From: Acidothermus cellulolyticus 11B
GTDB taxonomy: Bacteria > Actinomycetota > Actinomycetes > Acidothermales > Acidothermaceae
DNA length: 32,000 nucleotides
Assembly: GCF_000015025.1 (NCBI RefSeq)
Contig: NC_008578.1
Location: 1,830,001 to 1,862,000, forward strand
Direction: 5' to 3'
Shown here: positions 1-8,858 of the stretch, in pieces
Layout of the letters: every line of letters starts with the position of its first letter
How positions within the stretch are numbered: position 1 is the stretch's first letter
Made by a program: the position numbers and the translations under genes
Notes under the pieces: generated by a model
Told to the model about the DNA's origin: nothing
The model's input: the letters and a program-made list of their open reading frames with translations, nothing else
The model's database searches: none

Positions 1-167
1 ATATCGCAATTGCGTGCAACCGGACGACGGCGGACATGGTGATTTCGTCGCCGCTCTTCAGCGGGCCGTATCAGATCCACCGCCCGACGTACCGGCAGCC
101 CGACAACGTGCACCTTGCATCGACCGCGGTTGACAGCCCCCACGACGACGCACTGCCCCAGCCCTAA
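1..167 (+). CDS. 3' end of an unidentified CDS entering from upstream of the window (partial)
   Basis: Frame 3 is open from nt 3 to a TAA at 165-167 (IAIACNRTTADMVISSPLFSGPYQIHRPTYRQPDNVHLASTAVDSPHDDALPQP*). Most third codon positions are G/C. No family recognised. Confidence 0.3.
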   Translation, partial: IAIACNRTTADMVISSPLFSGPYQIHRPTYRQPDNVHLASTAVDSPHDDALPQP

Positions 168-330
168 CAGCTAGCCCGCCCACCGTCAACCGGTGACCAA
201 CCCACCGGCGCCAGACCCGCGTCCACGCGGCAACCCTTTGGCAGTCTGGACGCCGTCAATCCGGCCCACCTGCTGATGCGGGCGCGGCCGGTTTCGGCGC
301 CTGACGGGTCGGTTCGCCGCCCGCCCATGC

Positions 331-1779
331 CTAATGCACGATCTCGACCTTTGCGACGCTCGCCCAGAAATACCGCGACTTGGGATTCTTCTTCGGCGAT
401 ACCTCGAGGTGGAAGACGTGCTCACCGGGCGGCAAGTCGGGGCTTTCCCAGACGAGGGAGTGCGCCCGACGCACCGGCGAATAGAAGTCAACCAACTGAC
501 GCGGACCGTTGTCCACCCATACCTCGGCCATTCCCTGTTGGGCGTCCAGTGAGCCGTAAAACCGGATTTTCCGTCCGACGAAGCGCAGGCTCACCGAATC
601 CCCGGGGACGCTGCTGTACGCATCACCCCCGGCGTCGGTCTCGTATCCACTGCCGTGCAGCCACGAACCGTGGTAATCAAACTCGTTCAGCCCGGTGCCG
701 CACACATAGTCGAGCACGGTCGTGACATTGCCGACCGTGCTCGTGCCCTTACGGTTCAGCTCGGCCTGATCGACACGTTCGACCGGATCGTCGATCGGAG
801 CGGCAAATCCATTTGCCACGCATCCGTCGACGAGCTGCCGCAGCGCCCGCTCGATACGGGCAATCTCCTCGGTCTTGGGGGCATCTTTCTGCGCCCCCAG
901 ATAGGCGACTTCCCGCGCCTGGTCGTGCACCATCGAAATGCGGCGGGCAATTTCGGCGGCACCTTGGGCGGCAAGCGCCGAGACCCGGCCGATCTCCCGC
1001 GTCGTGGCGGTCTGTTGGTTGACCGCACCGGCGATGCTCGCGGTACTTTCGCAGATCCGCGCCATGGTGGCGGAAATTGCGTGGATTGTTTCGGACGCGT
1101 GCTTGGACCGCTCGTCAATCCCGACGAGCAGCGAACGCACCTGCTCGGTGGCCTGCGAGGTCTGACTCGCGAGATCGTTGACTTCTGCGGCGACGACGGC
1201 AAAACCGCGCCCGGCCACACCGGCGCGCTGGGCCTCGATTTTGGCATTCAACGCCAGCAGATGAGTACGGCGGGCGATGGCCGCAATCGTGTTCGCGATC
1301 TCATCCACGCTGCGGAGCGCTTCGGCCAATTCCAGCACCCCACTCGCCGCCTGGTGACTCTGATCCGATGCAGCAACGGCAATGTCGGCTGCCTCGGACG
1401 CATGGCGGGCGATATCGCTAATCGTGGAGTTCAGCTCGTCAGTGGCGCTGGCCACGACACCGACGCCATCGGAGACCTGAGTAATCGTGACACCGACGTC
1501 GTACGCCTGTCCCGCCGTCATCTCTGCGGTGTCCAGCATTTGCTTGTGGGTCGCGGTGGCGGCGCGGCGGGCCTCGTCCAGGCGATCGACGGCCTCCTGC
1601 ACGGTCGCGGTCAGGGTCGCGTACCGGCGCAACACTTCATTGAGCTTCTGCTCCACGGCACTGTCGGTGGCGGGACCGGCGTCGACCTGCGCCGTCAAGT
1701 CACCGGCCAGCACGCGGTCGAGGACGGCGGACAGGCGCCGCAGGCGCGCAGCACTCCGCCCGAAAGACAGCGAGCGCAC
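331..1779 (-). CDS. Soluble methyl-accepting-chemotaxis-protein (MCP) signalling-domain protein with a C-terminal beta-sandwich-like domain
   Basis: The maximal ORF is 331..1962. The MCP signalling core [34 protein letters not shown] is present. The last ~130 aa ([10 protein letters not shown]...[16 protein letters not shown]...[12 protein letters not shown]...) have a jelly-roll/CBM-like pattern. I placed the start at the in-frame GTG at 1779 because GAGGAG lies 4 nt upstream on the minus strand; the 61 codons upstream are Arg/Pro-rich and look non-coding. No hydrophobic TM segment seen. Confidence 0.75.
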   Translation of the reverse strand: MRSLSFGRSAARLRRLSAVLDRVLAGDLTAQVDAGPATDSAVEQKLNEVLRRYATLTATVQEAVDRLDEARRAATATHKQMLDTAEMTAGQAYDVGVTITQVSDGVGVVASATDELNSTISDIARHASEAADIAVAASDQSHQAASGVLELAEALRSVDEIANTIAAIARRTHLLALNAKIEAQRAGVAGRGFAVVAAEVNDLASQTSQATEQVRSLLVGIDERSKHASETIHAISATMARICESTASIAGAVNQQTATTREIGRVSALAAQGAAEIARRISMVHDQAREVAYLGAQKDAPKTEEIARIERALRQLVDGCVANGFAAPIDDPVERVDQAELNRKGTSTVGNVTTVLDYVCGTGLNEFDYHGSWLHGSGYETDAGGDAYSSVPGDSVSLRFVGRKIRFYGSLDAQQGMAEVWVDNGPRQLVDFYSPVRRAHSLVWESPDLPPGEHVFHLEVSPKKNPKSRYFWASVAKVEIVH

Positions 1780-2013
1780 GCTACTCCTCGTCGTAGTCGT
1801 TCGGACGTCCCTCCCCGCCGCCTCCGGGGAGACCCACGCATGGTTTTTCGGCACGTTTCGGACCGGCCTGAGTCCAAGAAGCGGATCGCGGCGACGCCTC
1901 TCACGGTAAGGCGATCTCTGCGGCGGCAAGCCGGACCATCGCGCGGGCGAAGCCGGCGTCACCGGACGTCCGGCTCGCTCGGACCGTGGGGCCGCCCACG
2001 CCCGCCGAGCAGG

Positions 2014-2652
2014 TCACGCCTTGTCGACAGATCTCTCACGGAGCTGCCGCTCCGCCGCTTCCAGATCGGTAGGGGTATCGACGTCCACCGGCATCACAAG
2101 ATCGTCACACCAGATCTCGGTTACCCAGTCGGGGTGCGCACGCATCAGCGATCTCGCACCTTCGTCACCTGCGGCGAGTCGCACTGCTTCAGGCCAGCAG
2201 TCGCGACTCAGGAGAACGGGGTGTGCCCGCCGGTCTCCATACTTCGCCGCCGCGATCCGCGCTCCGGACTGGAACGCACGAATCACCCGCCGCACGGCAA
2301 GTGAAGTGATTCCCGGCTGGTCGCCAAGCGCCACGACGACCGCATCGGCGTGACTCGCCGCCAGAGCATCAAGGCCCGTTCGCAGACTCGTGGCAAGACC
2401 CGCCGACCATGCGGTGTTGTGAACAAGTCGCAGCCGTCGATGCTGCACCGCTGACGAGGAGCGAAGCGCAGCGGCCGCCTCCTCCCACGCCGCGCCACCG
2501 ACCACGACGATCGGTGCCACACACCCACCGCTGAGCAGCGCGTCGGCCACGTATTCCACAAGGTATCGGTCAGCCAACCGGACGAGAATCTTCGGCTTGC
2601 CGAAGCGGGTACCACCACCTGCGGCAAGGACAAGGCCGGCCACCCGGGTCAT
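2014..2652 (-). CDS. MobA-like NTP-transferase; likely molybdenum cofactor cytidylyltransferase (MocA/CoxF-like)
   Basis: N-terminal LVLAAGGGTRFGKPKIL nucleotidyl-transferase motif. Length 212 aa. ATGA start/stop overlap with the upstream XdhC-family gene (2649-2652). Confidence 0.8.
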   Translation of the reverse strand: MTRVAGLVLAAGGGTRFGKPKILVRLADRYLVEYVADALLSGGCVAPIVVVGGAAWEEAAAALRSSSAVQHRRLRLVHNTAWSAGLATSLRTGLDALAASHADAVVVALGDQPGITSLAVRRVIRAFQSGARIAAAKYGDRRAHPVLLSRDCWPEAVRLAAGDEGARSLMRAHPDWVTEIWCDDLVMPVDVDTPTDLEAAERQLRERSVDKA

Positions 2653-3737
2653 CGTCGAACGGGTCCGGCGGTTTCGCGCAATGGCCTACCGCTCGCCGCG
2701 TGCCGACTCGCGATGATCTCAGCCATGATCGATATTGCGGTCTCCTCCGGGGTCGATGAGCCGATGTCCAGGCCGATCGGCGAATGCAGCCGGTTGAGCG
2801 CCTCCGTCGAGACTCCCGCCGCACGCAGGGCGGCGAGGCGTTTGGCGTGGGTGCGGCGACTTCCCAGCGCGCCGATGTAGCCGGCAGGGGTGGCGAGGGC
2901 CGTTTCGAGCAGCGGAATATCGAACTTCGGGTCGTGGGTGAGCACACAGACTGCGGTGCGCTCATCGACCTCCACACCGCCAAGGTAGCGGTATGGCTGA
3001 TCGACAATGATTTCGTCGGCCTCCGGGAAACGCTCCCGCGTCGCAAATACTGCACGGGCGTCACACAGCACGACGTGATATCCGAGCAATTTGGCGGCGC
3101 GCACCAGCGCTGCGGCGAAGTCAGTCGCACCAAATATCAGCATGCGCGGGGGCGGCAGAAAAGTCTCGACAAAATAACGGCCGCCGTCCACGGTTACGAC
3201 CGCGGTTGTTCCAGACTTGAGCATGGCACGCATCTCGGCGACCAGAGCAACGGCCGAGGCTTCCGGATGTGACGGCGGCAGCACAGCCCCCTCCGTGACA
3301 ATGACGTGGTCACCGAGGACGTCGTCGGAGAGACCGGTGGCCGACGCAACCGGAACTCCGCCGGCGACATCCCGGGCAAGGTCGGCGAAATGCGGATGCC
3401 GCCCAGCGTCGATCCGCTCGATATAGACGTCAATGTCTCCGCCGCACGTGAGTCCCACGGCGAATGCGTCCTCGTCGCTCACGCCGTAGTGGGCAAGCAC
3501 CGGAGAACCGTCCTTTATCACGTGCATCGCGGTCTCGTAGACGGCTCCCTCGATGCACCCGCCAGAGACGCTGCCGACGACTGTGCCATCGCCACTGATC
3601 GCCATCGCGGCGCCCGGGCCGCGCGGCGCGCTGCCGAAGATACGGACCACCGTCACCAAAGCGAACGGACGGCGAGCGGCAAACCACCGGCTGGTGGCGC
3701 TAAACAGTTCCCGTGCGGACACGTGCATGCCTCCCAC
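2649..3737 (-). CDS. XdhC/CoxI-family molybdoenzyme maturation (accessory) protein
   Basis: 362 aa. The N-terminal part resembles an XdhC_CoxI domain (FALVTVVRIFGSAPRGPGAAMAI...GSVSGGCIE), followed by a Rossmann-like XdhC_C part (MLIFGATDFAAALVRAAKLLGYHVVLCDAR). The exact start is uncertain: GTG 3737, ATG 3728 or GTG 3722, with GGGAGG just upstream. Confidence 0.85.
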   Translation of the reverse strand: MGGMHVSARELFSATSRWFAARRPFALVTVVRIFGSAPRGPGAAMAISGDGTVVGSVSGGCIEGAVYETAMHVIKDGSPVLAHYGVSDEDAFAVGLTCGGDIDVYIERIDAGRHPHFADLARDVAGGVPVASATGLSDDVLGDHVIVTEGAVLPPSHPEASAVALVAEMRAMLKSGTTAVVTVDGGRYFVETFLPPPRMLIFGATDFAAALVRAAKLLGYHVVLCDARAVFATRERFPEADEIIVDQPYRYLGGVEVDERTAVCVLTHDPKFDIPLLETALATPAGYIGALGSRRTHAKRLAALRAAGVSTEALNRLHSPIGLDIGSSTPEETAISIMAEIIASRHAASGRPLRETAGPVRR

Positions 3738-3936
3738 TAGCGACGGTACCGCCGTCGGCTACGGGGACGCACAAGCCTGAACCAATCGGTTCGGCGCCAG
3801 GATGCCGCTGTCCTAGAACAACGCAATTCCGCCGCCACCGAGACGACCTCGGCTGCGAACAAATGATCGGACGGCGCCCGCCGGAGCTCTACGCGTGGCT
3901 CATCACTCCCGGAGGTCACGAGGCGCACAGGCGCAC

Positions 3937-4560
3937 TCAGCCGGCATCGCCCGGTCCATGGAAGATCTCCCAGAGCAGCGGCTTCCGCCTGCCGGCGTTG
4001 CACGGGTTCAGATCTTGCGGACAGTTAGATAGCGCAACGACGAGATCCATCTTCGCCAGGAATTCGACGTAGTCGCCTGCACCAGCATTCGGTTCCTCGA
4101 TAGACCACGTACCATCCGGTCGCACCGGACAGTTCATAAAGAGGTTGAACGACATAGGTATATCACACCGACGAAGCCCCCACGGCCTTAGCGCCTCACA
4201 GAAATTCTCCACACATCCGCGGTGTCCTTCTACTCCATATCGTACATTGTCAATCTCAGCATTACACGAGCCGGCTAAGAGGTCATGCGGCTCTCCACTG
4301 CTTGCGAGAATTTGCAGCATAGGTCTACTCAGCTCCGAATAGAGGACGTTGCCGGTCGTCAGGTAAATCGAGCCATTCAGACGTATTGTGTTCGAGACCC
4401 AGAATCGTTCACTCAAGTCATCCGCCGCAAAGGCAATAAGGTCACCGACTTGCTTGCCTTCGATGTTGGTCACGCGAAGGACCTGGCCCGTGATGATTTT
4501 CGTTGCGATGTACCCGCCCGGTTCAATCACGGAAGATGTCAAGAGCCTAGCCTCTGCCAT
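3937..4560 (-). CDS. DUF1989 (urea-carboxylase-associated family) protein
   Basis: 207 aa. The pattern GGYIATKIITGQVLRVTNIEGKQVGDLIAFAADD...SNTIRLNGSIYLTTGNVLYS...HDLLAGSCN is typical of the DUF1989 cyclophilin-like family as I remember it. AGGAG lies 8 nt upstream of the ATG. Confidence 0.65.
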   Translation of the reverse strand: MAEARLLTSSVIEPGGYIATKIITGQVLRVTNIEGKQVGDLIAFAADDLSERFWVSNTIRLNGSIYLTTGNVLYSELSRPMLQILASSGEPHDLLAGSCNAEIDNVRYGVEGHRGCVENFCEALRPWGLRRCDIPMSFNLFMNCPVRPDGTWSIEEPNAGAGDYVEFLAKMDLVVALSNCPQDLNPCNAGRRKPLLWEIFHGPGDAG

Positions 4561-4698
4561 GTTTCTTGCTCCTACGCCCTGCGCATAACGGCGGAATAAG
4601 CGATCAATGGTTCCACACTGACCAGCTTAGGCGTTACGCATCCTGGAGTTATCGTCAACGAATGCCAGAACAGAGCCACGCTCCTGTCAGATATCGCC

Positions 4699-4719
4699 AC
4701 AGTTGACAATGACAACTGT
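4699..4719. promoter_or_regulatory. Perfect 7-bp inverted repeat ACAGTTG-N7-CAACTGT, a candidate operator/promoter element
   Basis: Read directly: ACAGTTG (4699-4705), spacer ACAATGA, CAACTGT (4713-4719). It is nested within flanking CTGTCAG (4685-4690 region) and GTGACAG (4722-4728). It contains TTGACA at 4703-4708. It lies in the 283-nt gap between the PucR gene end and the DUF1989 start. Confidence 0.35.
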
Positions 4720-4843
4720 CTGTGACAGAGCGACGAGACGTCACCAGCTCCGCACGCTCACTCCGAGTGACGGCCCAATGACGTGGGCCTCATCCCCCCA
4801 GCCGCTGCTAGTGAGATCTGATCGTCGGCCAGAGCCTCGGGCA

Positions 4844-6649
4844 TCATGCAATCGCCTTTGGCTGCCGCGCTGCGGCGTGTTGTCTTCCATGCGACGAAGA
4901 CTCACTTCCATCGCTCGCGTTGAGACTGCCGAGGATCTCATCCATTTCGAGAAGTCTCAACGCGACGCTGATTCTCATTGAGGCCTCTGCGTCATCGATG
5001 AACGGACCTAGAAGATGCTCAAGCTTGGCGACACGGTACCTCATGGTGTTGTAGTGATAGTGGAGGGTACGGGCGGTTTCGGCGACATTGCATCGGTTCT
5101 CCAGCAGAGCTGAGAGTGTTGTCAACAAATCAGATCTGGACGGTTGCGGAAGGCGGAGGAGCGGTCCGAGTGTCTCGATCACGAACGAGCGCAAGTCGTC
5201 GGGACCTACATTGCAGAGGAGGCGATAGATGCCGAGTCGGGAATAACTCGTCACTGCCCCGGCCCCAGTCAGCCTGTTGCCAACAGCGAGAGCCACGCGA
5301 GCTTCCTGGTAAAGGCGGGGGATCTGGTCGGGGGCAGTACCAGGACCGCTAATGCCCACCGAAAAGTTCCCCAAGCCGGTCGTAACGAGTTCGTTCCGAA
5401 CCATGCGTGCGATGTGCTCCGCTTTACCGGCGTCAACCACAGCTACAAGCTCAGCGGCAAATCCGGCCGCCGCCGCTGCCGAATCATGGTTCCGGACAAG
5501 TGACGTCCACTGATTGACAACCCTCAGGGCCGCCAGTTCCCGAGCGCGAGGATGGAGATCAATCGCACCGGGAAGCTCGTGCTGACGCGCCACAATGACA
5601 CTTACGGTGCGGTTCAGATTCCAGCCAAAAGTCGTCGCATATGCAACCGAGTCGACGCCGCCTGCGGACCCACCCGTCACAAGGTCGTGGAGTGCGTTCG
5701 ATGCAAAATGGCGTTCAACGGAAGCCACCGCCAGTTCCCTGGTGATCTCCAGTGCAGCGACGAGAGCAGCCTGCTCGACTGCGGTTGTACGCACGAACGG
5801 CAGACGTCGCTGGCTCCCATCGACGGCAATGACGTAGCCATGCTCAAGACCGCCTGCAGAGATCTTGGCAACGGACCAAGGTGCGTCAGACGACGTTGGA
5901 GAAGAAGCGTCCAATAGGCGCTCGATCGCGATACAACCGTCTGAGCGTAGCAGTCCAGCCTGCTCAAACGATGCCCGATCGTCGCTGATCGCGCGAACTG
6001 ATCCTGCCCGATCCACGATTGCAACCGCTGCGCCTCCGAGCATGTCCGAAAGCTCCTTGACCAGCAACGCAAGCCCGCCGCCGGTGAGGGCGACCGTCAG
6101 TAACCGATGATGAAAGTCATGCGTCAGTTTGAGAGCCAGGGCTTGACGATTGACGATGATGGTGAACGCCTGGCTCAAGACTTCATCCAGCGCCGTCTCA
6201 TGTGGGATAATGATCACGGGAAAGTTCAACCGATCTGCTGTCGCAAGCACTTTCGGTGCGAGGTTCGACATGTACTGGTCCAGTTTCACACCTAATCCAG
6301 CCAAGCCTCGCTCGGACAACTGCTCAACCAGGCCTGAGAACTCATCCGGATCGCGAGGCAAGGGATACCCAGTAGCCAACAGAAATTCGTCGCGTCGGGT
6401 CCACCGGACGATATCCGGTACCGACATGACGTTCAGACAGGCTATGCCCCGCTCCAACCCGCCTCGACCTGCGACGATGCTTGCGCTCCGCATCACATCG
6501 TGCTCGAGCAACTCGGCAACGGTGAGCGTCATGCGCGTTATCGGTGAAACACCATCCGGCGCAGCGCGTTCGGCGTTACGGCTCGTAACGATATCGGATG
6601 ACATGCGGTCGGATTGCTGATCGGAGGAGCGAACCGTTGACTCACACAT
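4844..6649 (-). CDS. PucR-family transcriptional regulator (purine-catabolism-regulator-like, C-terminal HTH)
   Basis: C-terminal PucR-type HTH: LENRCNVAETARTLHYHYNTMRYRVAKLEHLLG. The N-terminal region is PucR-like (VAELLEHDVMRSASIVAGRGGLERGI). I placed the start at ATG 6649 (MCEST...) because GAGG lies 5-8 nt upstream and it sits 2 nt after the stop of the upstream gene. The maximal ORF extends to 6709. Confidence 0.85.
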   Translation of the reverse strand: MCESTVRSSDQQSDRMSSDIVTSRNAERAAPDGVSPITRMTLTVAELLEHDVMRSASIVAGRGGLERGIACLNVMSVPDIVRWTRRDEFLLATGYPLPRDPDEFSGLVEQLSERGLAGLGVKLDQYMSNLAPKVLATADRLNFPVIIIPHETALDEVLSQAFTIIVNRQALALKLTHDFHHRLLTVALTGGGLALLVKELSDMLGGAAVAIVDRAGSVRAISDDRASFEQAGLLRSDGCIAIERLLDASSPTSSDAPWSVAKISAGGLEHGYVIAVDGSQRRLPFVRTTAVEQAALVAALEITRELAVASVERHFASNALHDLVTGGSAGGVDSVAYATTFGWNLNRTVSVIVARQHELPGAIDLHPRARELAALRVVNQWTSLVRNHDSAAAAAGFAAELVAVVDAGKAEHIARMVRNELVTTGLGNFSVGISGPGTAPDQIPRLYQEARVALAVGNRLTGAGAVTSYSRLGIYRLLCNVGPDDLRSFVIETLGPLLRLPQPSRSDLLTTLSALLENRCNVAETARTLHYHYNTMRYRVAKLEHLLGPFIDDAEASMRISVALRLLEMDEILGSLNASDGSESSSHGRQHAAARQPKAIA

Positions 6650-6651
6650 TG

Positions 6652-7632
6652 CTACCTCACTGTTGGCGGTGCCGACATGCACGGATCTTCGACCAGCGAC
6701 CGCGCCCACGCGAGATCCTCCTCCGAGGGCTCTGGGACGCTCCCGTCGAAATCGAGGAGGTCTAATGGGTTTGCCGAGATCATCCTTCTGACATCTTCCT
6801 CGGACACGCCCTTCTCAAAGATGGTCTGTGCAAATATTCGTAGGGCCTCTGAAGGCAGCGGATTATGGCGCTGCCCCGTATCTGACACGAGCAGGCAACG
6901 GGAGGCGCCGATTCGCTCGATGCTCTGCACAATCTTTGGTACTGCCGCGTACTGCCATGCCGGGGAGACCGTGCAATACCCAAACTCGGGCATGGCGCCA
7001 AGGCGGGCCACCTCTTCCAAGGTATCCAGGTCGAGGTTGGGTACCCTAAAGTACGGATGAGTTATGACAATCTTCTCGACGCCCACCGAACGTGCCTCTT
7101 TCACGAGTGCCACGATCTCGCGAGGAGCGAGGTGCGCCGTCCCCAGGATCGCACCATACTGTGCGACCAGCTCAAGAATCTCCTTTACCTCGGGACGTAG
7201 CTTGCCCTCTTTGTCCTCGATCCAGATCCCCTCGGCCTGACTGCGCCCACCCTGCTGGGCGTCGTAACCCCCCGTACCGCCGTGCACCGCGGCGTGGTAG
7301 CCAGCATCCACGGTAGGCATCCACACTTCCTTGCCGCCTAACCGGAGCGCAGCTTCAACAGCCGCGGCATTGAGGCCGCCAACGTAATAGTTAAGAACAA
7401 TTCCGCCATAGACACGGATACCTGGGATAACGCGCTGAACCAGGTAGGCGCGGGAGACAGTACTCTCGTGGTGGCATTTCAGCATGATGGCCTTCATGCC
7501 AGCGTCACGTGCGGCGCGCACAATGTCGAAATCATCCGCAAGTCGCGGGAACAGGTCGGGATACGGATGACAGTGGAGATCAGCCGCGCCGACGACATCG
7601 ATCAATGGACCACCATATGTACGCTTGCCCAT
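6652..7632 (-). CDS. Metal-dependent TIM-barrel hydrolase, amidohydrolase superfamily (DUF6282-like)
   Basis: 326 aa. It has an N-terminal HxH motif (DLHCHPYPD) and later His/Asp-containing strands (KCHHES, GTAHL, ITHPY, VSDTG). The assignment is by motif pattern only and the substrate is unknown. Confidence 0.55.
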   Translation of the reverse strand: MGKRTYGGPLIDVVGAADLHCHPYPDLFPRLADDFDIVRAARDAGMKAIMLKCHHESTVSRAYLVQRVIPGIRVYGGIVLNYYVGGLNAAAVEAALRLGGKEVWMPTVDAGYHAAVHGGTGGYDAQQGGRSQAEGIWIEDKEGKLRPEVKEILELVAQYGAILGTAHLAPREIVALVKEARSVGVEKIVITHPYFRVPNLDLDTLEEVARLGAMPEFGYCTVSPAWQYAAVPKIVQSIERIGASRCLLVSDTGQRHNPLPSEALRIFAQTIFEKGVSEEDVRRMISANPLDLLDFDGSVPEPSEEDLAWARSLVEDPCMSAPPTVR

Positions 7633-7634
7633 CC

Positions 7635-8858
7635 CTAGCTCCCTGGCTTGACACCTACTGCTTCCTCATGAACAGGCACGGATCGGCCGACAATCCGCGC
7701 CCATCCTTCAGGGTCGGTCGCGCCCTCGGTCGATAGCAGAAGAATGACGGCGTTCTCGTCGAGGTGCAGCCGCTCGCGCCACGCAGTAGGAGCACGGTGG
7801 TCACAGAGCGCCAGAAGGCCGCCCAGGGAGGCGGCACCACTCTCTCCCGAGATGACACCGATGTCAGCGAGCTCGCGCATCGCCCGACGGCTCCACTCAT
7901 CATCAATCGCCACGACGACATCAAGACCCTGAGACACGAATGGCCAGGCCACAGCAGACGGCGTCCCGCAATTGAGACCTGCCATGATCGAGTGGTGTGG
8001 GCCCGGCACAGTCACAAGACGCCCCTCACGGATGGACGACTGGACACAGTTGGCCGTCACAGGCTCAACTCCGATAACGATTGGCCGTACGCCGTCTCCC
8101 AATTCCGGCTTGTAGTAGTTGATCACCGCAGCCGCCAGTGCACCGACACCCACAGGCACGACGATCAGGCTTGGCTCGGGACTGCCATGGCCCGCCAACT
8201 GTTCCGACGCTTCGAAAAAGATCGTTGAATATCCCTCAATCACACGCCGCGGTATTGACGTGTAGCCCGGCCACGAGGTATCTGAGATCACGAGCGTGTG
8301 CTCATCTTCATCCTGCGCCGACCGGCGGATTGCGGCATCATAATCCCCGCGCACAATCTCGACCACGGCACCCTCAGACTTGATGGCAGAAATACGTGCC
8401 GGAATCGTGCCCTCCGGTACATAAATCTTCGCCGGACACTGGAGCAGCTTCGCCATCCGGGCGACCGCTCGGCCGTGGTTGCCGTCCGTCGCTGCGACAA
8501 ACGTAATCGGCCTTAGGGGATCGATGGCTGTCTTGAGATCCTCCACGCTGGACCACGTAATCTCGTGGCCAAGTCGATCAATGAGGGCGCAGTAGATCGC
8601 ATAGGATGCGCCCAGAATCTTGAAAGAAGGCAAGCCAAGGCGCCAGGATTCGTCCTTCACCCAAACGCGCCTCACCCCGAGCCGCGAGGCGATCGAGGAA
8701 CTCTCAACAAGAGGAGACGGCGCGTACGCCGGCAATTTGCGATGAATGGCGAGCGGTCGCGCTGTCCGCGTCGCACCGGCTACGTGCGTGACGGCGGCGG
8801 AATTGACGACTACCTCCGGCAGCGGAGGAGGTGCGGCTGACACCGTCACCGCAATCAT
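7635..8858 (-). CDS. PLP-dependent diaminopropionate ammonia-lyase-like enzyme (DpaL/YgeX family)
   Basis: The segment AIHRKLPAYAPSPLVESSSIASRLGVRRVWVKDESWRLGLPSFKILGASYAIY matches the N-terminal DpaL/YgeX pattern, with the PLP lysine in SFKILGA. It has fold-type II features (ATDGNHGRAVA). Start chosen at ATG 8858, which forms an ATGA overlap with the CoxG-like stop. In-frame alternatives are 8879 and 8909. Confidence 0.8.
   Translation of the reverse strand: MIAVTVSAAPPPLPEVVVNSAAVTHVAGATRTARPLAIHRKLPAYAPSPLVESSSIASRLGVRRVWVKDESWRLGLPSFKILGASYAIYCALIDRLGHEITWSSVEDLKTAIDPLRPITFVAATDGNHGRAVARMAKLLQCPAKIYVPEGTIPARISAIKSEGAVVEIVRGDYDAAIRRSAQDEDEHTLVISDTSWPGYTSIPRRVIEGYSTIFFEASEQLAGHGSPEPSLIVVPVGVGALAAAVINYYKPELGDGVRPIVIGVEPVTANCVQSSIREGRLVTVPGPHHSIMAGLNCGTPSAVAWPFVSQGLDVVVAIDDEWSRRAMRELADIGVISGESGAASLGGLLALCDHRAPTAWRERLHLDENAVILLLSTEGATDPEGWARIVGRSVPVHEEAVGVKPGS

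Noticed and set aside
186-725. 101-aa minus-strand and 149-aa plus-strand ORFs at the left end
   Set aside because: They overlap each other and the 3' end of the MCP-domain gene, and their translations are Arg/Pro/Ser-rich.
655-2304. 549-aa ORF on the plus strand
   Set aside because: It is antisense to the MCP-domain and MocA-like genes. The translation is Arg/Gly/Pro-rich with no recognisable motif, typical of a shadow ORF in high-GC DNA.
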